Assembly: GCF_009834535.1 (NCBI RefSeq)
Contig: NC_045696.1
Span: 60,080,001 to 60,144,000 of the forward strand
Reading direction: 5' to 3'
Length of the DNA: 64,000 bases
Source: Camelus ferus
Taxonomy: Eukaryota
Below the pieces are notes generated by a model. The model was not told where the DNA came from and ran no database searches. It saw only the letters and a list, made by a program, of their open reading frames with translations. The stretch's first letter is position 1, and every line of letters starts with the position of its first letter. Made by a program: the position numbers and the translations under genes. Positions 26,945 to 39,635 of this stretch are shown here, piece by piece.

Positions 26945-28207
26945 TTTGCTGAGTGGTGTTTCATGGCATAGTTGCTCCACAATTCATCAGGTGAGGGGCT
27001 TTCTGCTGCATCTTCAAGTGTTTAGTCCACAAGTGCCTGCTGGAGCTTTGCTACAAGAGATCTTTGCTAAGGGCCCTGCTCAGGTACGTGTCGCAGCTAC
27101 CTATTTGCCCGCCCCCAGCTAGTCCTCAGCCTGCAGCTTCTGGACGGGGTAGATCTCCAGGAACTCTAACTTCAATCTGTTTCTTCTGTTGGGTGATTTG
27201 TCCACCCACTTACTCACCTATTTGTTTTAGTGATGCCTGCGAGGTGCCAGGCACTGAGCGTATCAGGTTGAACAGGACAGTCTTGGTCCCTAGCTGTACA
27301 GAGCGTACGATTTTGAGCTCATTAACTCCTTCATGGTACAGGGAGCAGGTGGGAGAAGGATGGGAGGGGAAATGACAGGAACAACTTGAGGGCAAGTCCA
27401 AGGTCTTCAGGACCAGTCACTAGTGAGTCAGCATTGAATGACACATTAATCCTGTAATTGTTTGTTTTGGTGACAACAGGGCCCTATTGAAGAGAACTGA
27501 TTTGTGTTGTTCCTTTGTAGTTTCAGAGTGTCTTCATTTGAATTCCCCCTTTTAGTCCTCACAACTCTGGGAGGCGATACTTATTATCCCCATTTCCCTG
27601 ATCAGGACACTGAGGCTCAGAGAGCTGAGCGGACTCTTAGGCCTGACGACATGATCTGAGAAAACAGCCATGAAACTGTCAGGGAGTGTCTTGTACCAGC
27701 TGTTAGAGCCCAGGCCTACTGTGAGTTTTTATGTGGTCATTAAAAATCACCTACTATTTCTGTTTCCTGGCATCTCTCTAGTATCTTTCTGATGTGACGT
27801 TCATGCTGCATCACGTGGCTTCACGTCCACACAGCCCAGCTCTGGGGGTTTATAGCTGTCCTGACATTCAATATCCCAGACAGAAGGACTCTGGCCTGTG
27901 TAATCTATATATTGTGCCCCTGACTTTCATTACCCCTCAAGCAACTGGAATATGAGTGTGCATTGCTGAAGCCCTTTAAGTCCAAGGGCCTAAAAGTACT
28001 GTTTAGATCTTGACTTACTGGCAAATCAAACCCTAAGGTGGAGGCTCAAAACTGCTGGGTCGGAGACACAGGCAGGACAAGCATCAGGCCAGCGTGTGTG
28101 TGGACAGCAGAAGAGGCCTCCCATTCTCAGTCCTAAACAGTTCCCAGGGTAGTGTGGGTACTGGAAATGCTGTGATGTTTACCATGTCTGGCTGAGCTAG
28201 GCAGGAT
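26945..28207 (+). repeat. Local direct duplication, copy 2 (probable donor)
   Basis: Matches 15430-16697; its left end is continuous with an old antisense L1 remnant starting ~26800. Confidence 0.95.
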
Positions 28208-28974
28208 GGTGAACGGGGTCAGTACTGGGTTATGCTAAGTAAGGTCTCAGCTGGGGGACTAACTGGTGGCGGGGAGAGGGGAGTGGGAGGGACCTGGTCA
28301 GGAGAGGAGAGCACTGTTGCTCATCTCCATTCAGAGATGTCTGATGGGCTGCAACTGTGATCTCATGTGTCAAAAGGTCAACTTCCTGGCCCAAGCTGCC
28401 ATTACCAACCCCTCCTAGGGCCAAGGTCACTGTCATAAAGCATATGAGAGGCTCATTGATCCCTGTCACGAAAGGCACTCAAGGAAGCAATTCATCAACG
28501 AACATATATCGACCAGGAGGCCACATTCATTGGCCACGGTTAAGTGTAAGGCCCACGGCCACCATCTTCAAGTTCAAGATTCTCCCCACCACAGAGCCTG
28601 GGCACGCTTACTATCCCTCCTCCTCCAAGACATGAAGATGGGAAATGGAGAGGTGGTGGGAGGCATTCAGGAGGAAGCTTTCAGTGTCTGAAAATTGGTT
28701 ATTGACTCTCCAGTTCTCAGAAAGAAAAATAAACAAAAGCCAGTGTTATACTGAATCAAGCTTTTCATCATTTAGGTTGACCTATCTGCGCATCCATCTG
28801 TCATCAAAAGCATATTTCCTCATGGTGTCGAGCACTGAGGACACAGTGATAACTCGGTCCCTACATGGGCCATGTAAGAGGTCAATGTACAGCCCCATTG
28901 CTTAAGCGATGCCCTCATGAGAAAGACCTTGCTGAACTCTGGTCTGGATTGTTTGTTACTAGGAGAAAAACACA

Positions 28975-31900
28975 GTGACAATGATATTTATTTTATTGCA
29001 TCATTTTACTGACTAGAACGCCAGACTTATAGTGGATATAGTATAAAAATAATCAAATTCTTACAAATAATACATTGCTGCTACAGTACGGAATAATTAG
29101 TGGAGGTAGCAATTATAATACAAATTTAAATAACATTCTCATAATGGGTTTAACACTAAGGTTTAAAGTTTTGCAACAAGAAATCTGGGACCCTGTGAGA
29201 ACTCAGAAAGTTCATTTGCCAGCTACATGCTTCATTTAACCATAAATCCAGCAACACAAACAGTAACAAGACTCACAGCCACCCATGATGAGAGGTCATT
29301 TTTTCCTAAGAAACAGGCCAAGGTAACACAGAAACCTGGGGTAGCTTCCCGGGTAGACTGGTTCCATCTCATTCCTATCCAGTCCCATCCTTCCTACCCA
29401 AGGACTCTGCACCTGAGGTGTATTTCTGTGTTTCCCCTAGAAAAAGACAAAGCCAGAATCCAATGGGCAAACACTTTAGAACGTCCTCATTAAAATGCCA
29501 AGAGGACAGAGTCAAAGATCTGTCTCTTTTTAGACCTCAATTGTCCCCTTTGTTTTCACAGGCTTTTCTGTGAGCAGTTTATACCAAATGGGACAGATTA
29601 AAACACTCTTAAAAATATACTTTAGCACAACAAGTTAAGTGACACTTAGTACTTTAATTTTTCTAGTATATTAACCAGGTTCGTCCTCTGGGGATTTGAG
29701 AAAGGAAAAAAGAACACACTTAACAGCCAATTCTACAGAACATATGTTTTCAAAAATGCACACGAGAACCTCAGAATGACGCTTTGTCAACAAGAAGAAA
29801 ATGAAACGTCCCTTCTAATTCCCACAAAAGTTTTCACAGAAAAAAAATCTGTGAAATTCTGATATTAATATTAACGGTATTTTCCAATGAGATGCAAAAT
29901 CCTGAAACACTAAACTTTGCATTTTTCCTCTCTCCAAAGAAGTGTTCTAGTTTCCATATGAGTAAGTATCTTAGAGCCCGGGCCCAAATCCCTGGTGTGG
30001 GGTGTGCTAAGCTAAACTCATCCAGGAGCAAGGAGAGAAACACTCTGGCTTCGTCAGCCGCCTTCACACAGTTACAGGCACACCTCCCACCCCCCGTGGG
30101 CAAGGGGGCTTAACAGAGGCCCCAACAGCCACGTGAGACACGTGACCCTGGCGTGTCTGCTCTGGGACGTCCACATCTGAATAAATAGCATCCTTCAAAG
30201 ACACTTCCTTGGGCAGCCATCCGGCCTCGTACTGCAAAGATGCTGCCCTCCCATTTGGACCAACTTTAAGAACGACCTCTTCAAGAGCTTAACTGTTACA
30301 TCTTCGTTTTGGACCTCAAATGCCATCAGCCAGCTTGAAAACACAATCCATTTAGTAATGTTGGTTCTTAATGACATAGCTGCTTCTGAAATTAAACTTC
30401 TGTCAAAGGAGGGGAATTTGTCAGCATTTAAGACATTCAACTGAATAAGTTCCAGACTCTGATAACATTCACAAAGATCTGCTTCCAATATGTGGGAAAT
30501 CCGGCCTTACCACGGAACCAGGTGAGGCAGCCTTCAGATGGATGTCTAAGTCTAGCTGTGTCTGTCAAAACCCAGAGCATCACCGTACACTCCTACATCC
30601 AAAGCCATGTACCACTGTGCTTCTTGCTAAGCACAAGCTGACCACAGCTTTCTTAATGACCATCACAGGTGTCCAAAAAATACATGTAACAACATACCTG
30701 AAAGGACTTTTTCAACATTTTGTTTTTGTACTTCATGTCATCAGTTTAGTTCCAGTTTAATAATATCAAAGTTCTAAAAACCCAAACCAAAACAAACCCA
30801 AACTTATTCTCAGCCCACTCTCTCATGCTCTCTTTAATACTGGATGGTGAGGCATCAGCCAGGAGGAGCAAGCCACGTAAAGGGTTTGGATCCTGACTCT
30901 CCAAGGCAGGGGCTTGTCCTCTCTGAAGGTTCCCACATCCGAGAATGAGTGCTCTCATGTCCACCTCACCAGGGTGTGGTGAGGGCAAGGATCCTGCACA
31001 GATCCTGGCCCTGCTGGAAACACAAGAGATGCTCTTGGGACTATTAAGACTTCCTAAATTGTCTCCAGTGCCCTGGGCTGGCTCGTGGGGCAAAGAGGAA
31101 GAGATACAATAGGACCTCTGGAGCTACAACCAAACCCACAGATGTGGGAGGCTCCAGGTGAGCGCTGCCCTGCTCTGCGTCCCCAGGCTCAGGTACGCTG
31201 CAGGATGCGGGGGTTCTGTTCAGCCCACTCTTCCCTACCCTCTCAGCATCTCCCGGGCTGCTAGGGGCCACTTTTCCTTTCCTCCCTTTGTCCTCTAGTC
31301 CTGGGACCCCATGTAGGACTGGGACATTTCTGTGCACAGGAAACGCACACCCCAGGTGGGAGGACTAACACTGAGGGCTTCTGCTCCCCCAGGGTGCATC
31401 CAGCTTGTCCCTTCAGTCCAGGGCTGCTGCCCCACAAACAATTTCTTGGCTCAGGGGGGACCCTTCTGGAGGCATATTCACCCCAAGCAGGAGTGAAGCT
31501 GGCCTCTCCCTTCCTCACCCAGGCAGGCAGCCGGCCCTGAGGAACAGTCAGGCTGCTTTCATGCCTTCTTAGACCCTGACACCCTGGAGATGCACTTTTC
31601 CACTCTCAGAAGCCTCCTAGAAACTGCACAGAACTGTGAACTCAACCTTCGGGGGTGTGCTACAGTACTCACGATAAAAGAAAAAGACAACACTCTTAAT
31701 CCATTTCACATGCACAAAACCCACTCACAGGAAAGCATTCTTGGAACTCACAGCACACTCTTTTCTGGACGTTGGGATCCTGCTCCAGGATGCTTTGGGG
31801 ACAGACCACTCCATGTGGGGGAGCATACAGCTTCCGGCCCTGGTATCGGAGATGATTTGCCAGTGGAGGCAGCAGGCGTGTATGCCTGGGAACAGCCCCC

Positions 31901-33950
31901 ACTGTGCTCTGGGCCCTGGAGGTGAGCAGGGCTCTGCGTCTAGAGCAGGAAGCAGCTGCCTCAGGAGGGACCCAGTCCTGTTGGCTCAGGTGAGCTGAGT
32001 GCAGGAGCTCCGAGCTCTCCAGTTAGATGCTGAGGCCGTGAGACTCAGAGGGCTGTTTGGTTCCACGGGGAGAGGCAAGACCCAAGATTTCTCAAAGGGG
32101 ATGCTCTGAGATTTTAAGTTGGCACCCACTGACAAAAAACAGGACTCTTTGTATCTATCTCATGAGATGAGTGCAATTGAACTGCAAAAGTGGCATCGCA
32201 TCTGAGCAGCCTTCCTGCTCGTGGAGACCATGGGACACAGGAGTTTGCACTTAAAGCTGTTAGGATGAGAATTCCATAAGATTAAGGATTAGATACATTC
32301 TGAAGACAGTAGAGAATCTTGAAGAAACCACCATGCCCAGGACAGAACTGTCTCCAAAGGCCGCACCATTTCCAGAAACGAGTGTGCCATTGGGCTCCAA
32401 GCTTCAGGGTGGGAACAATTTTTTTTACCTCTGTGTTCTCTTTACCCCAAACCAGGATGTTCAAAAGTAGATGATGAGAATGATCACAATTCCACAAGGA
32501 GTAAAGACACCACACTGGATATGCACCCCCCCCCCAACCCTCCTCCGCACACAGGATCCAGGTCACGGGCATAATAAGTAAGACACAGGGTGTTTCTTTC
32601 CCCAAGGCAAACGCTCAACTCCCTAACTGGCCAGGAGACTTAGTTCTCCAAAGCCGACTTGAATTATACCCATGCTTCTGGAGGGAACTATGTGATACTA
32701 TGAAGAGTTACAAATTACTGTCTGAGAGAAAATAAGTTATTTCTTCAATGAATAAATAGCATTGAGTGGTTGGTGGAACCACTCAAGCTACACTGGGTGT
32801 GGACGAGACCAGAAATTCTAGGACAGGTGCTGCACTAGGTAAGCAGACTCACGTGTGGCTCCCCTCAGCTCCCTCTCCTTCCCCAGCAATATGCAGGGCT
32901 TCCCAAAGGGCTGGCGTTCCAGATAATCGAACTCGCCTATCCATCCTGCTCCTCTAACCACATCCAGCTGCTTTTGTATTAGTGGTGAAATAGCAGCTCA
33001 GACCCAACCTGCAGTCAGCTTTTCACTTCTGCTCCCTACGTGGCAGCCTGGGCCTCAAAGCAGGCGCTCAGAGCCCCCACACCACACGGTGCCCTCGGGG
33101 GTCGACCTTCCACCAGGAACTTCACCCCGTGCCCGCTGCTGCCTGCTGGGCTCACTGTGGGGCAGCTGGAGCCTCTAATTAGAACCAAGTGCAAGTTGTT
33201 TGCCCTGATGCAGGCGTGTATGGAAAAGCGAGCTGTGACAGCAAAGGGAAAAAACCTTAAATAAACGTGTCACCTGGACTAAAGAAAGCACACTGGAGTT
33301 GTGTGCTGTGCCTCACACATTTCAGCTCCTCGTTTGGAGGCGGGTGGGGGGGTCTGTCTGGCCAACGTAGCACAAGAAGACTTAGAAGCATGTGGAAACC
33401 CTGTGCCTTAACCTGCGGCATCTCCAGACACTAGTGGTAGGCCCGTCGGCACCTGTGCTTCAGCACGGAGCTACTGGGCAGGAAAACAACTGAGGAGGCA
33501 GTATTTCGCTGTCAAAGCATCACCAAATTGAGGCCTCTGGAAGTGTCTGAGGAAGAGGCCTTCTTTCCGGAGCAGTCTTGAAAAACACCTGAAAGGAGAC
33601 CTCCCTCCCTGCTTTTGCATCTACCGAGGTGCAAGCTAAGGAAAACCTGGGTCCTTGCAATGATGCCTAGTGATCAGCCCTAAGGAACGTCATCCCCCAG
33701 CCGTGGCCCTGCTGCAGGCACGCGGGGATCCCATGGTACTGGCCCGTGTTCACATTCACAGTAACAATGCAGGTGCCGATGAGCAGCCGGCAGTTCCAGG
33801 TCCACGGGCTCCCGCTGTCGCCTCCCCTGTGGTCACGGCGCTTCCGCCCGGCCCCTTCCGCTGGTGTGGCTCCTCTAGCCCCGGGAGCGGCCCCGGGCGC
33901 TGCTCCCCGTCCGGTCCTCTGAGCGATGGAGGCCCCTGCGCCGTCTGCAC
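28975..33950 (-). other. HEG1: HEG1 long 3'UTR (~5 kb)
   Basis: Repeat-poor stretch after the stop codon, AU-rich distal end, overlapping AATAAA hexamers at 28987-28997. Confidence 0.7.
28987..28997 (-). terminator. Tandem polyadenylation signals (AATAAAATAAA) of the HEG1 3'UTR
   Basis: tttattttatt on + strand, followed on the minus strand by GU/U-rich sequence (tgtgtttttct). Confidence 0.7.
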
Positions 33951-34100
33951 TTAGAAGTAGTCCCTCCTCCTGCTCTCATCGCTGGTGAAAGCTGGGTTAT
34001 ACTGTCCGGGGAAAACGCAAGAATGCCGCGATCCTGGCAATCCAGTGTAGGCCGGGTAGAGGCCTTTCCGTTCAAGTTCAGGATTCCTTATACTGGTGAG
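33951..34100 (-). CDS. HEG1: HEG1 last coding exon (LTSIRNPELERKGLYPAYTGLPGSRHSCVFPGQYNPAFTSDESRRRDYF*)
   Basis: ctctctttggccaccag acceptor; TAA at 33951-33953; C-terminal DYF KRIT1-binding end of HEG1. Confidence 0.95.
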   Translation of the reverse strand, partial: LTSIRNPELERKGLYPAYTGLPGSRHSCVFPGQYNPAFTSDESRRRDYF

Positions 34101-34911
34101 CTGGTGGCCAAAGAGAGAAGAGAAGTCGGTTTATGATTCTTGGGTTTCAATTAGATAGTTAAAAACAACGACGACGACAATGACGAATGCTCCATTTCGA
34201 TGAATTTATGCGGAGGCAGCTATTCCCGCAGAGCAAGGCTTGACTTGGAAGTCACACCTGCCAGGTCAGTCTCTGTGGAACCTGAGGCACCTTTGCCCAT
34301 ATGTCAAAAGGGGATTTTTAGAAGTATTACATCGTCAAGAGCAGCCCACAGGCCAACAGAGGAAAAGCCTAAGTTGATTATTATCTTGATTATTATCGAA
34401 ATTAATTATTATCTGATTATTATTTTGACTTAAAAAAAGAGTATCTTTCTCTGTGGAGCACAATGGCTTTAAATCCTCTCTGGCATTTACCAGAACACTA
34501 GTATCCCTGCCGCGAATGGGGGACTGACCTTGGCAATATCATCTGAGCACCTGTCACACTGCTCAGCCTACCATGTCTGAAATGAAGATGGGGTTCATCT
34601 AAGTTTGTAATTCTATCTATTAAAGGCAACTTTTCAGCTAGTGGCCAGAAACACGCAGCTATACCTCAAACAGCTCCACAGGGCATGAGAAGTCACCTGA
34701 TGGCTGTTTATTTTTCAGCTCAGGTATCTCCACTCGTGTTTGCTTTATGGTTGATATCGTGTAACCTGAGATGAACTGACAGGGCACCGGAATATGACAT
34801 GCGCTATTCAATGTGGGACAGGAGAAGCAGGGTTCAGGGTGGTCTCTCATTTGTCCAACTGATGCAGTCCACGGCCAGATACAGAAAATTATTATTTTTT
34901 TACATTAAAAA

Positions 34912-35270
34912 AATCTTTTTTATTGAAGTGTAGTTGATTTACAATATTAGTTTCAGGTATACAGCAAAAAGATTCAGTTATGCACATATACGTGTACATA
35001 CATGTATTTTCAGATTCTTTTCCATTATTGCTTATTACAAGAAATTGAATCTACTTCCCTGTGCTATACAGTAGGTTCTTGTTTGTCTATTTTATAAATA
35101 GTAGTGTGTATCTGTTTATCCCAAACTCCTAATTTGTCCCTCCCCTCCCCTTTTTCTTTGGTGACCATAGTTTGTTTTCTATGTCTGTGAGTCTATTTCT
35201 GGTTTGTAAATAAAATTTCTATCTTTTTTTAGATTCTACATGTAAGTGATATAATATTTGTCTTTCTCTT
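34912..35270 (-). mobile_element. L1 3'UTR fragment in a HEG1 intron
   Basis: ttttattgaagtgtagttgatttacaatattagtttcaggtatacagc...ttccctgtgctatacagtagg. Confidence 0.85.
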
Positions 35271-35777
35271 GGACATAGCAAATTACTAAAGATCTACTGA
35301 CTATTAAAGACCTATTGAATCTGCGAAACCTCTGTCATGGGCTGGTTGAGGACAGCATGTTCTCTCTACACCTTTTCCCCGTCCCTCAGTTTCAATTTCC
35401 CAACCTTATGACGTAAAGCATGGCCAACAAGATAAAAATGGATGGGCCAAAGGCTAAATATCATTAAATTCTTTCTGTATCTTTTAGCTTCCAATCCTGT
35501 AACTTAAAGGCAATTTCAACGACAAGAGGTTTATTGCTACAACCCCATAAATTATGGACTGTGTTCCATGGAAATATTATCTCAACGTCAAAACTAATAA
35601 ATACCAAGCAAAGAGATAGTAAGTAAACTGAATATTAAATTATGTGAATAATGGGCGTAGGCCACCATTCTCTTTAACCCTTAACTAGCTGGAGTGCTCT
35701 GACTACCACAAAACGGAAGCCCTTGAATTCTCAGAGGAAAGTGGAGCCCAGAGACCCCCGGGGGTGGACATACACAC

Positions 35778-35952
35778 CGAGTGATACACGTCCGTCATCT
35801 GGAGGAGGTTCTTGGTACTTCCGTTCTCGTGCATCTCGACAGCTTCCCGGCCCCATTCTTGGGACCGAGGGTTCTTGGGGTACTCAGCATATGGGGACAT
35901 TTGGAAATCGCCACTTTTGAAGATGAGTTTGCTTATGTCATTTTTATTCTTT
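35778..35952 (-). CDS. HEG1: HEG1 penultimate exon (KNKNDISKLIFKSGDFQMSPYAEYPKNPRSQEWGREAVEMHENGSTKNLLQMTDVYHS), 175 nt, phase 2 to 0
   Basis: tttttttcccacag acceptor, TCG|GTGTGT donor; HEG1 cytoplasmic sequence. Confidence 0.95.
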
Positions 35953-37484
35953 CTGTGGGAAAAAAAATTTAACATTTAAATGAATAAGTTCTGTAAAGAA
36001 ACGGTATCTGTGAAAGTGCCATCTCGTCACTTACAAGGTAAATTAGACTAAAGCTACCACTATTTTTTGTAGCTGCCCACTGAGGAATGTTATTGTTAAT
36101 TTTAGTATTTGCCTAAAACAAGTAAAAATGCAATTAGGTGCAAAAAAAAAAAAAAAGCCAAAAATCTTTGAACCCAAAGGGCCAGGTTTTTGGGGGCAGA
36201 GAGGACACAGCCCCAGTGGAGCGGATTTAGACTCTTCTAGGGGACAGAGATCTCTAAATCATGGGGGAAACAGGTGCAAATAAGGCTCAAATTCACAAGC
36301 TGTTGGAGTCAGAAGGGCCTTTAGAGTTCTTTAGCCCAGCTGTTCCCCACCTGCTTGAGGAGTTGCGGGGCTGGGGCAACTCTGGCTTTGTGAAGGATGT
36401 GATTTGTCCTGGGGTCACAGTTTGCTACTAGCAAGGCTGGGCTAGAATTCAGGCTTTCGAACTCTCTAGTCAGTCTTCTTTTACTGCGTGAAGCTACTTC
36501 ACGAACCGTAAAAATATGATGTTTTGTTTGCAGAAATGTCCAGCTGTCTTTATACCCATACAGATTCTCATTTCAGGGGGCAGGAAACCCTAGGACAAGT
36601 TCCCTACCTGTGAGAGTTCTCTGACTGGAAAGGGTTGGAGGATATGTCAGTCACCTTGTGCACCCAGCCTAGGGTCAGACATGTTTAGTTATACTTGCCC
36701 TGGGTAAGAGAATCTGGAGTTTCCTCCCTTTACGTAGCTTTCCTGTAAATAAACTTTCTGGGGAAAGCACCAAATCACTCGGGATCATAAAACCAAACGT
36801 CCAGCATGGGGCTTAGGCGTTGTCCCTCCTGACAAGTTCAGAACAGACTTGCAATTCTATTGCTCCCTGGGGGTGGAGCATCCGGTCTCAAACGATGACT
36901 TAATTATTCACAAAGACCTTCTCCTCCCAGGGGCCAGCAGAGACAGGCTCTCCTTCCACACTACCTGGTTGCTCCGGGACACTTAGCAGACCCCTGAAGC
37001 ATTCGAGGTTCGTCTCTCTAGCTCCTAGTCTCATTCCCAGTGTTTTATTTCCACTCACATAGTTTATCTCTGATGCTTTGCTAGCAACATTGTAAATTAT
37101 AGGCAATGGCTGAACCGTGAGGCCTGAATCCCTGGATGGGAAGTTGGAGCAGCTTGCTCTCTGCAGCCTCCCTGGAGGAAGAGGATATCTTAAACTGTCC
37201 TGCATATCAATGGTCCAAAAGATAATTTGCTATTGTGTAAGTTCCCTTCATCTGTGATGTCAGGATAATTCCTGCTGTTTATTACCATCCAAACCAAAGG
37301 TCTGAGTTTTCTCTTATCTGAATAATCTAGGAGAAGGGGACCAGCTCTGTTCTTTCTCTTCCTTTTCCAGTAGAAACCCATCCCGCTGGTGTCCAGCAGC
37401 CCAGAGCCAAGTTTACTACTGTCTGCTCCTCGCCACTGCTAACGACTTCAGTGAACCCCTTTCATCTCTTTTTGTTTCTTCATT

Positions 37485-38655
37485 TTCCCACTTAAAATGT
37501 ACAAGTCAACGGTTTGTAGTATATTCAGAGCTGTGTAACCATCATCACAATCAATTCCAGCACAATTTCATCACCCTGGAAAGAAACCCATACTCCTTAG
37601 CTGTTACCCGTCATTCTGCCCCTGCCTACCCAGCCCTAGGTAACCGCTAATCTACATTCTGTCTCTCTTTGACTTGCCTATTTTAGACATTTCCAATAAA
37701 TGCAGTCATACATATGTGGTCTTCTGTGACTGGCTTAATTCATGCAGCATACTGTTTTCAAGGTTTATGCACATTACAGCATGTATCAGTAGTTGGTTCC
37801 TTTTCGTGGCTGAATAATATTCCATTGTATGGATATGGCATTTTGTTCATCCATCAGTTGATGGATATTGGGGTTATTTTCAACTTTTGGTGACTATGAA
37901 CTGGTCCTCTATGAAAATTTATGTCCATATTTCTGTGTGGACATCATTTTCATTTCTCTTGGTTTGTACCTAAGAGTGGAAATGCTGGGTCAAATGGCAA
38001 CTCTGCTTAACTTTCTGAGGAACGGCCAGTTTTTTTTCAAAGTGGCTACACCATTTTACGTTTCCAGCAGCAGTGTATGAGCATCCTAATTCTCCCACAT
38101 TCTCACCGACATTTGCTATTTTCTATTTTTTGTTTGTTTTCAATAGTCATCTTTGGGTGTGAAGTGGTATCCAATTTCGGTTTTTTGGGTTCCCCCCCAC
38201 CCCCGATGTTGGTTCTGATTGCATTTTCTGATAGCTAATGACTTTGAGCATCTTTTCATATGTTACTGGCAATTTCATATCTTCTTTGGAGAAATGTCTA
38301 TTCAAATTCTTTGCCCACTTTTAAATTGGGTTGCATTTTTATTACTGAGTTGTAAGAATTCTTTATATGTTCTAGACACATGTCCCTTGTTAGACAGATG
38401 ATTTACAAATATTTTCTCCCCTCCTGTGGGTTGTCTTCTCACTTTTTTGGGAGGAGGGGTAACTAGGCTTATTTATTTGTTTAATGGAGGTCCTGGGAGA
38501 CTGAACCCAGGACCTCCTGCTAAGCACGTGCTCTACCACTGAGCTATACCCTCCCCTCATCTTTTCAGTTTCTTGACAGTGTTCTTTGAAGCCGAGTTTT
38601 TCATGTTGATGAAGTCCAATCTATCTTTTTTCTTTTGTTGCTTGTGCTTTTGAAT
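37485..38655 (-). mobile_element. L1MB-like 3' end, antisense, interrupted by a SINE
   Basis: ggctgaataatattccattgtatggata, tttggagaaatgtctattcaaa, ttgatgaagtccaat motifs. Confidence 0.85.
38449..38556 (-). mobile_element. Camelid-type tRNA-derived SINE
   Basis: gaacccaggacctc...tgctctaccactgagctataccctcccc (antisense A/B boxes); imperfect target duplication tcttctcacttt / tcttttcagttt. Confidence 0.8.
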
Positions 38656-38870
38656 ATTCTTTTTTTTCCACTAAAATCCCATTTGCTCTCCTTTTCTTTC
38701 CCTGATGGCAGTGCCTGTCAGAAATTTGCCTTTCTTTTTCTCTAATGGTTCAGTCATAGATTATCATTAATACTGTACACCACCCCAGACATTCTTTATG
38801 AGGATAAAAATGGACCCTTGTTTAGCACAGGCAAAGGGACAGAATTGGGATGTGGACGCCCGGCACTCAC

Positions 38871-38958
38871 CGGCAACAGGTAACAATCAGTGCGATGCCC
38901 AGGATGAGGAGAAGCCCACCTCCCGCTGCCGCAATCACCACGGTGATAAGCTGATAGG
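38871..38958 (-). CDS. HEG1: HEG1 transmembrane exon (YQLITVVIAAAGGGLLLILGIALIVTCCR), 88 nt, phase 1 to 2
   Basis: gtgtttag acceptor, CG|GTGAGT donor; peptide matches the HEG1 TM segment as recalled. Confidence 0.95.
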
Positions 38959-39142
38959 CTAAACACGGTTCAGGAGAAAAGGAAAACGTGGATCGGTAAG
39001 AGGTAATGAATGAATGAAGGAATGCCCCAAAATGGTCCCCCTCCCCACCCCAAGGCCACCCCAGTACCTCAGCTGGGGACCACCTTTCATTCCCTGGGCC
39101 CCCAGCAAGGGCGGCTAAAGGCTGGCTCTGCATTTTCTCTAC

Positions 39143-39635
39143 TGAAGGGGAGCAGAACGTGTCACCCCAAAATATGCCTCTTTACCTATTTATTATTTAG
39201 AGCTGATATTTCTGCAGGCACAGAAGAAGCTCTGAAAACTGAGTCCTAGTTACCCCTTGGTAAGGGAAATTTACATTAGAAGGAGGCTTGTACCAGGAAG
39301 AGAGCTAACACCAGAGATGACCTGTTCACCTGAGAGACTTATCTGCTGGCAGGAATCTTTGCTTCCCAAACATTTCCTCTTCGCACTTTTCCCCTGTGAA
39401 CTGCCTTTTCCCATTTGCAGCCCCAGGCCCCCGGCCCTTTCCTCATCTCAGGAGGGTATATGAGCCTCAATCATCTGGCTGCCTGAGTCTCATATCTTTG
39501 TGGGGGCTCCCATGTGTATGCACATAATTAAAATTGTGTTTTTCTCCTCTTAGTCTGGCTTCTGCAGAGGGTGGGGGGATGTGTCTCAGCCAAGAACCTA
39601 GGAAAGAGAAGAAAAATGATTTTTCTTTCCCTACA
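39143..39635 (+). mobile_element. ERV1-type solo LTR (MER34/MER39-like)
   Basis: TG...CA ends, tgtcaccccaaaatatgcc start, TATA-like gggtatatga, attaaa signal, ttttctttccctaca end. Confidence 0.65.
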
